Shown here: positions 39,248 through 53,473 of the stretch, piece after piece
Numbering within the stretch: the first letter of the stretch is position 1
How the letters are laid out: each line of letters begins with the position of its first letter
DNA from: Octopus sinensis
Taxonomy: Eukaryota
Assembly: GCF_006345805.1 (NCBI RefSeq)
Contig: NC_042998.1
Span: 176,886,001-176,950,000 of the forward strand
Direction of reading: 5' to 3'
Length of the DNA stretch: 64,000 bases
The notes under the pieces: generated by a model
Seen by the model: the letters and a program-made list of their open reading frames with translations, nothing else
The model's database searches: none
What the model was told of the DNA's origin: nothing
Program-made: the position numbers and the translations under genes

Positions 39248-39759
39248 ATACGTCAGATTTTCACACCATTTTCCGCCTACCAAATTCACTCACAAGACAT
39301 TTCGGCCAGACAAGGACTATTTATAGAAGACGCTTGTCCAAGGTTCTGCACGATCAAACTGAACCCGAAACTACGTGGTTGTAAAGGAAAAGGAAGCTTC
39401 TTAACCACACAGCTATATCTAATCAAACCTCCTTTCCTAAATATTGCTTTCCCAGCATGGCTACTCAAAAAAAAAAAAAAATGCTTTTGACAGATACTCT
39501 TTGGAAAATTACCTGGTCCTCAGTCTGGAAAGTGAACTGCTACTTTCTAAATGTAATCATTTGTAAATCGGATCTGTCGTTTTAGGTCTCCTTTTCATTT
39601 CAGAGATTTCCGTTACATATTATTATTTTCTTTCTTCCTTAGAATTTAAAACATTCTTTCCGTTTTCATTTCAGAATTTCCTTCAACTCTGTATATTAAG
39701 ATTTCACTAGTATTTCCTTTGAGCGTTCTAAGAATTTCGCTTCTCCTCCCCCGCTATTA

Positions 39760-40074
39760 TGGATGAGGAGGATAATGATAGTGTTTTTGATGATGATGAT
39801 GATGGTGGTATTGGTGGTGGTGGTGGTGTTGGTGTTGGTAAGTGATGATAATGCTGGTGATAATGCTGGTGATAATGATCATCATCATCATCATCATGGT
39901 GGTGATAGTGGTGGCGGTGGTGATGGTGATAATAATGATCTTGATATGATAATGTTGGTGATGGTGATGATGGTGATGATGATGGTGGAGATGGTGGTTA
40001 TGGCGTTTATGATGATGATGACGGTAATGGTGGGGGGGTGTTTATGATGATTATAATGATGATGCTGACGCTGC

Positions 40075-40115
<41 letters not shown>

Positions 40116-40375
40116 ATGATGATGACGATGATGATGGTGGTAGTGATAGTGGTGGTAGTGGCGGTGGTGATGATGGTGATGGTGGAGCGATGTTGCTGTC
40201 ACTGATAATGATGAAGATGATGTCGACAACATCGTCAATGATGATGATGATGATGATGACGATGATGATGATGACGATGATGACAACGATGGTTATAATG
40301 ATGATGACGATGATGATGATGACGATGATGACAACGATGGTTATAATGAGGATGATGATGATGATGATGATGTAT
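39760..40375. repeat. Degenerate (GAT/GGT/GCT) trinucleotide field
   Basis: Seen directly. Confidence 0.9.
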
Positions 40376-40579
40376 TTAGATATAAATTCTTAGCGGGAGT
40401 TTTCAATAATGCCCGTCGTGTTTCCTTTGTTGCTGTCACACTATCTGTTCTATAAATTAACTGCTTCATCCAAGTGGATGTTTATATTGACATCTGCAAT
40501 AAAGATAACCGAGATGACTCAGTTTCCCCCCTCTCTTTGCATGTTTATTTATTTGTTTGCTTCTTGTAATTGTTGTTGC

Positions 40580-40614
<35 letters not shown>

Positions 40615-41156
40615 CTCCTCCTCACACCCGTTCCTTCTGACTGGAATTAATTACCAGACCAGTTTTCATCAAATCGAACTATATATATATAACAACGGTT
40701 ACTCTGTAGATTTCATATATTTATTGAAAGTACAATAGATCTGAAAACAGTAGCAGCGGCAAAGGCAACACAGAGAAAAAAGCAAAATAGCAAACATTCA
40801 TTTCTAATATATATGGTGGGGGCGGGGGATAAAAATGCTTCGTTATTAACGAAGCGACATTTGCCGCTTATGTAAGAGAAGGCTGTTAATAGCACCACTA
40901 AGTAAAGCGCCAATTTTGCCGATAGATTACACACACACACAGACACACACACAATGGCGACAGAAGCAGTATTGATGCCAGAAGTTAATACAGTACGAAA
41001 TCACATAATCTGGCAGTTTCGGTGGCCGTAGCAGACAGTTATCACCCGTCAGCGATATAAGCAGGAGTGCTTTTATGCACCAAAAGCCCATATGAGAGGT
41101 CTTCTCATGATAAATAACGTAGTTTTCTAATCCACTTTTGAGTAGGAGATAAGTAA

Positions 41157-41191
<35 letters not shown>

Positions 41192-41922
41192 TGTATGTAT
41201 GTATGTATGGTATGTATGCATGTATGTATGTATGTAGTATGTATGTATGTATGTATGTATGTATGTATGTATGTATATATGTATGTATATACATATACGT
41301 ACATTATATATTACGTTTCTCTATCTCTCTCACCTCCAGCCCCCTCGATCTGTCTCTTTCTTCTCCTCCCTCGTCACCTTCTCTCCCTTTTCATCTGTCC
41401 CTTTCCTCCTGTCTTTTTGTTCTCACGTGACAGCTAGCCGCTGTTGAGCGCTCTTTTCGTTTTCAGCAGCCTCAGAAGCAACACGGATTTGTTCGTCTCC
41501 CCGTGGCCTTTAGCACAACTTCACAAGCCAGCCCTACTCAAATCGTCCTGTCGAAAGACCCTTGTCCTACGTCCTGGTTTTGTTTTGTTGTTTATTTTTA
41601 TTTTTACCGTTATTGTTTTTACGTTTTTGTATTCTTATGGTGTCACGTATTCTGTATTTTTGTTTGTGTACTTCGATCGTTTTCCGTCCTTTCGTTGTAT
41701 ACATTCGAAGCTTTCTTCCAGGGGATCTAATGCGCTTGGCTTAGATTTCCCTTGGCGGGCTGGCCATATCGGAGCAATCTCAAGATTAACAGCCGAAATT
41801 GCTAAGATGATCTGGTTCTTGACTGATGACTGAGGGCTTCGAATGTCCCGTCCTGTGGTTCTTGTGTCGTCTCTGTGGTGTTTCATGTTCTTGTCCATGT
41901 CTGTATTTAATTTTACTGTTTA

Positions 41923-41964
<42 letters not shown>

Positions 41965-42202
41965 TACATACATACATATATATATACGCACACAATCACA
42001 TATATTCGTTTCTATGCGTGTATATACGTGTTTGTGTATCTATGTGTGTGTGTGTGTGCGTGTGTGTATGTATGTGTGAACGTATTTATACGTATGTATT
42101 TGTGTGTATTCATATACCACCTCTGTCCAGCCAGCCGCCATGATTGACCACTAGCTCCTAAAGCTTTTTTAAAAAATTATCTCTGTTTATTTCATCGTGT
42201 TC

Positions 42203-42237
42203 CTTTCTGCTGAAGAGCGTAGGCTCGAATGCAAAAG
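42203..42237 (+). ncRNA. Degenerate HHR-like motif, family P2 second copy
   Basis: CUUU-CUGCUGA-A-GAGC(GUAG)GCUC-GAA-UGCA-AAAG. Confidence 0.4.
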
Positions 42238-42407
42238 ATTTTCTCACTTCCCGAGCGTTAAACTAATACACCTGTTTGTTGTTTACAACACCTGTCTTCG
42301 TCTTTTGTTTTTCTGTAAATACCAACTTGTATATATATATATATTATTATATATATATATATATTATATATATATATAATATATATATATAATATATATA
42401 TATATAT

Positions 42408-42606
42408 AATAGAAATATTAAAATAACTAAGTCTCTCTAAAGAGAACAGCGGCAGCGTTCCCGAAAATAATAGTTATCGCCATACTAATATGGCATTCTT
42501 AAAAATTTTTATAAGAATGCCATATTAGTATGGCGATAACTATTATTTTCCGGGAACGCTGCCGCTTTCTCTTTTAGAGAGACTTAGTTATTTTAATATT
42601 TCTATT
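42408..42606. repeat. Near-perfect ~95-bp-arm palindrome
   Basis: aatagaaatattaaaataactaagtctctc..gcattctta / taagaatgc..gagagacttagttattttaatatttctatt; the inner arm is repeated again at ~42870-42900. Confidence 0.9.
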
Positions 42607-42690
42607 ATTGAAAACAAGTGGATGTATTCACCGAAACTAGGTAAATAAAACCATCGAACAGAGATTGTCGGAAGCGACACCTACTGGCTG

Positions 42691-42736
42691 GCTACGCTGC
42701 ATTGAAAAGGGGCAATACCCCGAACGCGTCTGTAGC
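42691..42736 (+). ncRNA. Degenerate minimal HHR-like motif
   Basis: GCUACG-CUGCAUUGAAAA-GGGG(CAAUA)CCCC-GA-ACGCGU-C-UGUAGC: 6-bp stem I, ACGCGU palindrome, damaged core. Confidence 0.45.
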
Positions 42737-42900
42737 TGCCGGTCAAGTAGTGTGGAGCGACTGACCTCCCTTGTTCGAAGGTTATATGGATACAGTTTGT
42801 GTATCAAATAGCTAACTTAAGGCGATGGCCTCATGGAGCTAATAAGCGGACAGCTTTTTTCTTATTTTTATAAGAATGCCATATTAGTATGGCGATAACA

Positions 42901-42958
<58 letters not shown>

Positions 42959-43393
42959 TATATATATATGCATGTATATGTATACACACACATACATACT
43001 ACGCATATACATACACAAACAAACACACGCACATATATATAGACACACAAATACATATATATACGCATAGAAACGAATATATGTCATTGTGTGCGTGTAT
43101 ATATATATATGTAATATGTACATGTATACATATACATACATACATACATACATACATATACACACACATATATACATACACACGCATACGCATTCAGACA
43201 TACATATGTATCTTCATATATGCTAGCACGTGTGTGTGTGTGTATGTGTGTATGTGTGTGTATATGTATGTATATATGTATGCTTGTCCATGTATGTATA
43301 TGTTTGTGTTTGTGTCTGTGTTTAAATATATATATATAGCCACGCCATTCACACATAAAGACTTACGTAGATGCGCACACACATACATGTGTT

Positions 43394-43426
<33 letters not shown>

Positions 43427-45014
43427 ATGTGTGTGTGTATGTGTGTGTGTACGCGTTTGTATGTCAGATCAGTGTAATTAATTATTAATCTTAGGATAAT
43501 TATTAATCTTATAGTAATTATTGGTCTAACGATGACAGTCAGTGAAATTTCTCTCTTATCTGCATGACTCGATCTTTTGTGTTGCTTTTTAATATCTCTA
43601 TTATAAGAGAGTGATCGAGAAGCAGACACTACTGATCATCGGAATAAAGATGTGGCAACGTTGAGTTCCGTTCCATCCCTCGATCTGCGATTAAATGCAA
43701 TTCCAGTAGATTGGCCTTTCGTCTCTCTGGAGACGGCGTCAACCTTCCAGATGTCTATTCAAATCAGTTGAAATTTTGTATCAGAGAAATTAATGGTTTT
43801 TATGTAACTTAGTCAGAAGGGTACAGATTTCAGACAGGAAGCAATAGTAAATTATATCGATCTCAGTATTTGGTTGGTACTTCGTTTCAGTGATTGGCTT
43901 GTAAAGATGAAAGTAAAAACAATCGGTCTTGGCGCGGTTGGGACTTAGAATCGTAAAGAAGCGCAACTAAGAAATTCCTGTTAGAGCTTTATAGGACCGA
44001 AGAAGAAATATTTGCTCTACATATAAATAGTATGGTTATTTCATTTCTCTGGGATTAGCCAAGTAAGGGTCGAAAGATCAATTAAGGTTGTTCATGATAT
44101 TTCAATCTCCAAAGAAATGGGCAAAATTGCACATGTTTGTATGTCTAGTCCGTAGGCTTAGATATATCATATAGTAATACTGTGTGGATTGGACTCCCTA
44201 TTGACAGGTCACTGATAAACACTTACGACATGCAAATTAGCCATCCCACTTCCCTGTATCTATCAGATTTGATGTGTATATAAACAGAATAGCTACTCAT
44301 TTCTCAGGTATTGCTCAAGTGATGTAGACACTTCTACTTGAGACCCCCACTCTGCAGAAAATCGATTGAAGTTGGTCATCATATTTTTTTTTATTCTACC
44401 GAGAAATAGGTAAAATTAACATGCTTCTATGTCTACCACGTAGGTTTATTTATAATTGTAATACTAGAACCCGGTTAGGCGGCAAGCTGGCAGAACCGTT
44501 AGCACACCGGGCAAAATACTTAGCGGCATTTCGTCCGTCTCTAGGTCTTGAGTTCAAATTCTGCCGAGGTTGATTTTGTCCTTCATCGTTTCGGGATGTA
44601 CACTGGAATCGATTTAATTGACTTACTCTTTTCCTCCTCCTCCGAAATTGCTGGTCTTGTGCCGAAATTTGAAACTAATACTGTTGAATAAACTTTGCTC
44701 TTTTACAAATATTCTTCTTGTGTCAATCGAAAGAGAAGTATATCTTTCACGTCAGTATTTTATTTAGGTCTGTTTCATTTTTATTATAATTCGTTGATTT
44801 TCTTTGTTTAAAATGTATGTAAAAGAAAGTCTTACGCATAAATTTCTGATGCTGCTTTAATTTGAAGAACACACAGAAATATCTGTAAATTTTATTTTTT
44901 CTACTCATCACTGTATGTATTCGGTTGTTACACTTTTAAAATCCTTTACTATGGAACGAAATTCGAGACATAATCGAAATATTTAACGTAATAAAACGAT
45001 ATCCTTTTATCTTT

Positions 45015-45385
45015 AACTTGTTTCAGTCATTGGACGACGGCCATCCTGGGATAACTCGTAGAAGGGTTTTAGTCGAACAAATTGGCCTCAGTACTCTGTT
45101 TTCTTTTTCTTTTTCTTTTTCTTTTTTAGTCTGGTACTTATTCTTCGTTACGGTGACGAAACAAACCAAAACAGGTTCTTGAATGGTGGAGGCGGGTGAC
45201 AAACACAGACACAAACACGGACATATGCGAATAGGTTTCAACACAGTTTCCGTCTACCAAATTCACCCTGAAGGAATTGGTTGACCCGGAGCTATAGTAG
45301 AAGATAATTGCCCCAGGCGCCATGCAGAGAGATTGAACCCAATATGAAGCAGTTGCAAAGCGAGCTTCTTAACCACACAGCCATG
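45015..45385 (-). mobile_element. Diverged SINE family A
   Basis: Tail gtttcagtcattgga..ggccatcctgg and head aaccacacagcc. A diverged family B copy lies at ~44476-44640 (+). Confidence 0.7.
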
Positions 45386-47673
45386 CCTGCCCATATTTTG
45401 AAGATCTATAAATTTATGATTGGAAACAGAAATAAGAATATTTATAAAACGTAGAATTTTCATAGGTCAGACATAGCAGCGATTAATAAATATGCTTGCA
45501 ATTAGATGTATGGCTTTACGTTTGTGCTTTTTCACGCAAGTCTTTTCATTTGTGTCGTGGTCTGTTGATTTTTCAAGATTAGATTTGGTTTGGAATTGCT
45601 GAAACTAGTTCCTAATTACAAACTCCGTCTATTTACATATATAATTGTGTATTGTGATTTGGCTTTTCTTTGATTCAGTTTCTCTCAAAGTACACAAAAT
45701 TTCCTCTCAATCGCCCATCGCTGATGACTAATGCATCTTCTGTTTGTCTAACAGTCTTCCTCGACAGCCCTTGTCTTTTCTAGTGCTGTTGCTGAATTTG
45801 GCTTCACTGACCATACAATATTATTCGCATTTCCGCTTTCTCCAAGTTTTCTAATCAGACTTGTGATATTTAGCTTTGAACCTCTCTCGAATATTAAATT
45901 CTTCTTCTAGCAAATGATGCGTTTGAGTTCTATGGTTGCTTATTATTTTGATAATAATATTTAGCTATTGCTACTCTTTGATCTTTTTCTTAAATTGTAA
46001 TTCCTGTTCATTATAAAGAAGAATATGAAGTTATTAAAAACTAAAACGTACTAGAAAATTATATTTATACAAGTATAAAAAATAATTGTAAATATTTTTT
46101 TAAATGTTGTTCTGGACTCGTGTGTATACAATACGAGAATTATCATGGGGCTTCCACTTATTAGTTTGTGTAGTCATCAAATGAAGAAAACAGCCATTAA
46201 ATAGACGAGCTAACAGTTTATGATGGCCTTTTCCTTGTTTCGTTTTGTTAGAACATCGCATGACATACCCGCTTACTATGTTTGTCTTTGCAATTCCTTA
46301 ATAATATATTTCAAATGTATTCTGCCAAGATTTCGTATTTCAAAAAAAAAGAAGAAAAACAGACAAACAAACAAACAGAAAAAACACTTTATCAGGACAC
46401 TCTGCCTTGGATTTCAAATTTCTAGAGCTTAAATTTTTTGGCGTGTTTCGTATCAACATTTTATGACAGATTGGCAGTCAGTATCCATTTTATTAAATCC
46501 ATGAGTATTATAATAATGCTGTTTGTTGGCTTAAAGCAATATAACTATCAAAATCAACAGCTTCGTAAATCTCGCCTATCATTCTCTCACGAAGTCACTT
46601 TGAAAAATCTTTCTCTTTTTATCTGGAACTTTCTCCTTTAACGTATTCATAGCGTTGTGATTATTCCAAACTATGAATAATCAGTGGACCCTAGCGTATT
46701 TTCCGAAATAAACCGCATGAAATTATTATATTAAGTGTTTCAAGCTCATACACATATCACCACCGAGTTACAGAAGTCTCACAGTTATGATAGAGCAGAA
46801 TCAAGAGAAAATGCAGCCGATCTCTTTTCATTGATGTTTCCTGACAAATTCTTCTACAAGATCAATTCCCACGTTTTCCACCACATTAACTCTCTGGATC
46901 AACAATTCATCTGGTTCGTACTTCCCTCTTGGAAGCGACTAATCTCCTCAATCACACCATCATACTTGCCTTTGTTAATCTATTCTATAAATGACACTAC
47001 TTTTCTCTTCTTTTCATTATCCAGAACATCTACAGTTCTCAGCATGGATTCAATTTTGCCGCCAACTTCCTTTGCAAACCACTTTCTTAGTGTTAACCGT
47101 ATGTGGTGCAGTGAAGGCAATCAGTAAAACTCTTTGCATTGCATGACATTTGATTGCATTTACATTCCTCTTAATTCCCCACAGACCTTATCCAAATTTT
47201 TAAAGAAACTTCGATGAAATCACTGACATTATAAAATCCAAAAACACAGTTCTAACTACATGCGCAACATCTTTGCTAATTTAGTTCCCTAAGTGAATCT
47301 GTTCTCTGGCTCGTGATCCGTAATAAAGAATCGTACAAGAAGCACCAGAAAATAATGAATAAACAAATCAAATCTGATTATAATGACACATAAACAGCTT
47401 TTGTCCACATAAAAATCATTTCTTCATGGATTATAAAGATAATCTGTCATTTCAAGATTATAGCCATTAAAAGACACTACTGGCGCTATTGTACGTGTGC
47501 ATGCAGTTATGCACATTACATACAAATACATATGTGCGTATATGTGTGTATATGTGTATATATATTCATATATTATTTAAAACAGATTCGGTTCCATACT
47601 ACTTTAATTTATGTGTGTATATACATACAATATATACATACATACATACATATATACATACATTCATACATAC

Positions 47674-47742
<69 letters not shown>

Positions 47743-47752
47743 ATATATATAT

Positions 47753-47807
<55 letters not shown>

Positions 47808-47812
<5 letters not shown>

Positions 47813-48456
47813 TCCAAACATGAACAAAGAGAAAACACAACAACGCGAGGACATGGAACAAGTACAGTGTTATTGGACGTTCAGGAAAGGAAAGAAAGAA
47901 GGAGGATATAACGTTTCGAGCGGAGCTCTTCGTCAGAAACATAGAAAAAGGAAAGGTCCAAGGAAGGGAAGACGGAGAAAGAAAATCACCAAAGATACAC
48001 ACGCGGTCATATATTGAATGACCCTAATGTAGGTGTAGGTGTAAATGGTGGCGACAAAAGGAGAAAAGTGGAAGTTGAAGAAGAAAGGTAAAAAGAGGAT
48101 GAGAAAAAGTGGAAGAGCCACGGACAAATATTTTGATGATTTCCAATCATGATTACAGTGGTGTACTCCGGATGAATGGTAACAGTAATCCGCAGGCGTA
48201 AAAATCCAGGAATTGGTTATCCAAGTCAGTCAGAAGGCCGGGATCCGTGTGAACGTGCGGTATATATAGTTAATCCAAACATGAAAACACGAAGAGAAAA
48301 CACAACAACGCGAGGACGTGGAACAAGTATAGTGTTATGGGACGCGCAGGAAAGGAAAGAAAGAAGGAGGATTTAACATTCGAGCGGAGCTCTTCGTCAG
48401 AAACATAGAAAAAGGAAAAGTCCAAGGAAGGGAAGACGGAGAAAGAAAATCGCCAA
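47808..48456 (-). mobile_element. Two direct P1 repeats, each with an HHR-like motif, flanking a ~260-bp unique spacer
   Basis: Repeat 1 ~47808-48008, repeat 2 ~48269-48456; HHR motifs at 47906-47940 and 48371-48404. Confidence 0.7.
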
Positions 48457-48500
48457 TATATATATATATATAAGCATATATATATATATATATACACACA

Positions 48501-48598
48501 TATGAAAGAAGGTTTGAAAATGCAAAGATGTTTATTCACTTGACCGGTTTCAAGTGAATAAGCATCTTTAAGATTGCATTTTCAAACCTTCTTTCATA
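48501..48598. repeat. Fold-back with a 6-nt loop
   Basis: tatgaaagaaggtttgaaaatgcaa / ttgcattttcaaaccttctttcata; loop ccggtt at 48544-48549; single-arm relative at ~52095-52185. Confidence 0.85.
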
Positions 48599-48653
48599 CA
48601 TATTTCCATTCGTGCGGTACCTTTACTATTTCACTTTCTATATATATATATAT

Positions 48654-48870
48654 AGCAAAAGGATGTGTTATAAAACTATTTCACAGCCATACCAACAATC
48701 CAGCATACCTACGTCATCAGCTGCCCCACAGATATTATGGTTTCAACACCTGGGCAGTACCATTCAACCCGGAGGTGTCAAAAGCACTAAAATAAGTGTT
48801 GTTTGGTTACAAACCAAAGAAACCACAACTATCAAACACATTTATCGATGAATAAATTCGGTAAGTAAAT
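48654..48870 (-). mobile_element. Element with permuted hammerhead-like core (copy 2)
   Basis: Inverted homologue of 4330-4560; stems and core motifs at 48714-48779. Confidence 0.6.
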
Positions 48871-49942
48871 TACAACCGCACATAAATACGCAACTAAACA
48901 ACGACAACTTTATTAAGTCATACAAAAATTATAATCCCTATTGTCTTCCGTAGTGTAATATAAAAGTAAAAGCTTAATAACCACATTATTTCAATCAATA
49001 TAGAGGCAATATTAAACACTAACTCTAATAAAACTACAATAAATAGACATATAAACCAATGTACATTGTATCGGTATAAAATAGTAAACTGCAATAACTA
49101 AATTATATGCTGAATCGCGATCAATTTTTAAGTCCATATAAATAATAATCCCACCGGTCTTCCATAGATACCAGTATAACGAAAGTTCAAGCCTTAAATT
49201 TTTTTCCAAACCAAAGCACAAATGAAATTAATTTAATGAATATTTTTATGAGTGAAATACATTGTTTCATCATTCAGGAGTTAATAATAAAACACTACAT
49301 ACTTATTAATATATCACCACTACAAGTTATAATCTTAAATTAGCAGTGGCTAATATACACTTAAATTTCCTTAAAATTACTTGTAATAAACTATTATCAT
49401 AAACCTTGCTATGTTTAAAGCTAAGTAAACTGTTTAAAAGACAATAAAACTATAAGTATTAACGCATGTTTAATCAGACACGCGGTTCCCTCACCAAGAA
49501 TTTAAATGGCAAACTAAATATTGATGACGTAGTGCGTAATTACCACTTTCTCAATTGTTTCAATATTGGTGACGTAGTAAGCAAATAACATGAATCGTAA
49601 ACCTTCAAATTCTTACAAATAATTGCTAAGCTGAACACTAGATATTACCCCATATTTATTTAAAATTTCAATTTTCCTACCTAAACAGCGATTAAAAGTT
49701 TTAACCAACTTACCATATTTATACCATTGTTTTACTAAATGTCTTAACTGATTTTTTATTCTTTCCCAAAATTTATTAGCATTATTAATAATAGTATTAT
49801 ATCTAACAATTTGCCCTGCAAAAAACATCATAGCCAATAAAAGGAGGAATTTTATTACTGATCCATGGCATTGAAGCCACTTGGAAATCAAAATTTACTG
49901 TTTTATTATAAATGTCAGTACAGATTCCACTCTTATTCTTAA

Positions 49943-50455
49943 CTAGCAGTATCGCCCGGCGTTGCTCGGGTTTGTAAGGGAAATAACTATATAAGCATTT
50001 TTAGAGAGTTACTTCCCTTATAGATGCCAATTCGGGCTTTCTTAGCCATTTCTGTTTTGGTGTCTTCAAGCCATGAAGTCGTTGTTCTAAAAGAACGCTG
50101 GTCTCCTTGACAACGCTTTACGACGTTGATTTCCTTACACTCCCTTCCCCACAGCTTCACGAGGGAGGGAAGAAGGGGGAGAAGCAAACAGGTGCAGGTG
50201 TGACCATGGACGCCAACTCCGCCGCCATCGACACACGAAAAACTATGCATTAAAATGGAATAAAAAATGATGTTAAATTATTTTTAAAATCATAGACTCA
50301 TCGTAGACGCGCGCTAATAGCCAGACGGGCTCGATATGAATCACGACTATAAGATACCCGGTTTTGGTTAAACTGCACCGCAAAATGTGGGAGGAGTTAG
50401 GAATCTAAATCGAAGGGGACAGATACTCACACAACTACAGTTTTATATATATAGA
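49943..50455 (-). mobile_element. Non-autonomous Helitron with an extra internal module
   Basis: A^TC at 50455, CTAG^T at 49943, same hairpin as the 3902 copy; ~50020-50245 is absent from the other copies. Confidence 0.8.
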
Positions 50456-50841
50456 TTACTCGATTGACATCTAAATAATTAATATTTCTTATATTATTAC
50501 CATTTCTGGTGGGTATAAAGCTCACAAGTGTATATTTTTCTGAGTAAAAATTCAAAGAAACCACAATTAGGTATAAATATATCATCCATGTATCTGCAGC
50601 ATCCATCAAGTTGTTTAGGCAAACCCATCTTTTTTCTAGCACAAATGACGATGTATTATCAGTTGACAGATATCAGCACGAATCAGAAAACCATTTGTTG
50701 GTTGAAGTCATAATTAACAGGAACAACATATTCTTCATAGATTCATGAGACTGAGGTACCTTTAGCGGACGACAAACAACGATGTTGAAATACCAGTTGT
50801 CCCATATATATATATATATATGTATATATATATGTATATAT

Positions 50842-51030
50842 CGTTGGCGCTTTTCATTCTCCGTCTTCCCTTCCTTGGACCTTTCCATTTTCTATGTTTC
50901 TGACGACGAGCTCCGCTCGAAACTTTAAATACCCCTTCTTTCTTTCCTTTCCTGAACGTCCAATAACTGTATATTTGTTCCATGTCTTCGCATTGTTGTG
51001 TTTCCTCTTTGTTCATGTTTGCATTAATTA
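50842..51030 (+). mobile_element. Family P1 element with degenerate HHR (50896-50930)
   Basis: GUUU-CUGACGA-C-GAGC(UCC)GCUC-GAAAC-UUU-AAAU. Confidence 0.65.
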
Positions 51031-51129
51031 TATATATACGTATATACATACATAATACGTACATACACACACATGCACACTCACACATGTACGGGTGTAT
51101 GTCTATGTAATACACATGCATGTGTGTGT

Positions 51130-51182
<53 letters not shown>

Positions 51183-51183
<1 letters not shown>

Positions 51184-51607
51184 CTCTTTTTACTCTTTTT
51201 TACTCTTTTTACTTGTTTCAGTCATTTGACTGCGGGCATGCTGGAGCACCGCCTTTAGTCGAGCAAATCGACCCCGGGACTTATTCTTTGTAAGCCCAGT
51301 ACTTATTCTATCGGTCTCTTTTGCCGAACCGCTAAGTTACGGGGACGTAAACACACCAGCATCGGTTGTCAAGCAATGCTAGGGGAACAAACACAGACAC
51401 ACAAACATATTCACACACACTTATATATATATATACATATATACGACAGGCTTCTTTCAGTTTCCGTCTACCAAATCCACTCACAAGGCATTGGTCGGCC
51501 CGGGGCTATAGCAGAAGACACGTGCCCAAGATGCCACGCAGTGGGACTGAACCCGGAACCATGTGGTTGGTTACCAAGCTACTTACCAAACAGCTACTCC
51601 TGCGCCT
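51183..51607 (-). mobile_element. SINE family A, full length
   Basis: High identity to 7710-8123; (tactcttttt)n tail. Confidence 0.9.
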
Positions 51608-51620
51608 ATATGTATATGTA

Positions 51621-51746
<126 letters not shown>

Positions 51747-52425
51747 AATAAATATATATATATATTGAATTTGTGCATATATATTGTGTGAGTATATGTA
51801 CACACACACATACAAAAATGCCAAAAAGACAGGTTTGTTCCTCTCGAATTCTTTGTAAACTCTTAAATGTATCTCCTTCTGTGTATATATATATACTACC
51901 AAACAAACATGATTTTTATTGAACTCCGAATACTTTTTGTTTAATATTTTCTTAAATACCTTCTTGTAAACTGTTTTCAATATTTTCTTATTATTATCAA
52001 AGAATGTATATATGTATTTTAATACTTGTGTGACAACGAGTACTTAACACAACAAAGCTTTATATTTTACTTTTGACATTCTGTTCCTAAAAAAGTGAAA
52101 CCGGTCAGGTGAATAAACATCTTTAAAATTGTATTTTCAACCTTCTTTCATATATATTTCCACTCGTGCGGTACCTTACAACTTCACATTATTATATATA
52201 CACACTCACATACATATACATACATACATACATAATACATAATACATATATATATATGTATACACACACATACACACACGCATGTATATATATATATATA
52301 TACATATATACATACATATACATATATGTACATATATACACATATATATCTATTTATATATATACATATGCATAAATACATACATACGTATATATATATA
52401 CATACATACACACACACACACACAC

Positions 52426-52474
<49 letters not shown>

Positions 52475-53440
52475 ACATCTGTATGTATATACACACGTGT
52501 GTACATATCTATCTATCTAAATGGATAGATGGATGGATGGATGCATGGATAGATAGGTAGGTAGGTAGATAGATAGATAAATGCATACTTATATACATAC
52601 ACATATGCATACATGTATACATGTATACATGTGTGTGTGTGTGCATGCATGCCTATATATACGTATGTATGTATGTATTTATATATGCGCAAATGATACA
52701 CAGACACAGGCATATAAGCAACACAGGTACGCACATATTTCAAAAGATTACCGATATCTAGTTCCGTTTTATACATCTAGTTCCGAAATTAAATCCGCTT
52801 TTAAAACATTTTAATACTAACAACTAACATTTCTAAAGAAAGCGAATAAATGCACTACTTTTTTTTTTGTTTTTGAAACTTCTTTCTTCTTCATTGAATA
52901 ATTATAATTCTTTTGAATACAATCTAGAGCAGCTTTCAGATTCAGTTTTTCAAATTGTTTGAAACAATTTTTCCCGTTTCAAAATTATTCTTTTCTTATC
53001 ATGTATCCCTTTACTTTTTATTATTATTATTATTTTTTTTTTTTGGAAATAGACTTCAAATCAATGGATGTGTTAAATGAATACTTCTTTCGAAAATTTT
53101 TTTGCTATGTTTCCGTACCATTACTCCTGTCACTCATAATATTCTTCCCTGTTTTCTTTGTCTCTTCTTACATTTCTCTGTTCTTTTTTCTCTTTATATT
53201 TCTTCCTTTCTTTCTCTCCATTTCTTCTTATCTTTCATATTTTCTCTCTTTAACTCTTTTTTTTCTTTTTGCGTTCGTTCGTTTCCTCCCAATTTTTTCG
53301 CATTTATATCATTAGTTTTCTGTGTTATCGTTGATATCTTCGAGAATGAAAGGCAGAAAATATCACAGTGTCAATAAGACATAAAGCTATTTTTCTTCCT
53401 CTTTCTTCTTTTCTTCCATCTTCCATCCACTTCGTTATAC

Positions 53441-53473
<33 letters not shown>

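Noticed and set aside
41698-41850. CUGAUGA...GAAUGUC motif and an 11-bp inverted repeat acattcgaagc/gcttcgaatgt
   Set aside because: Stems I and II are unconvincing and the core is damaged; at most a relic.
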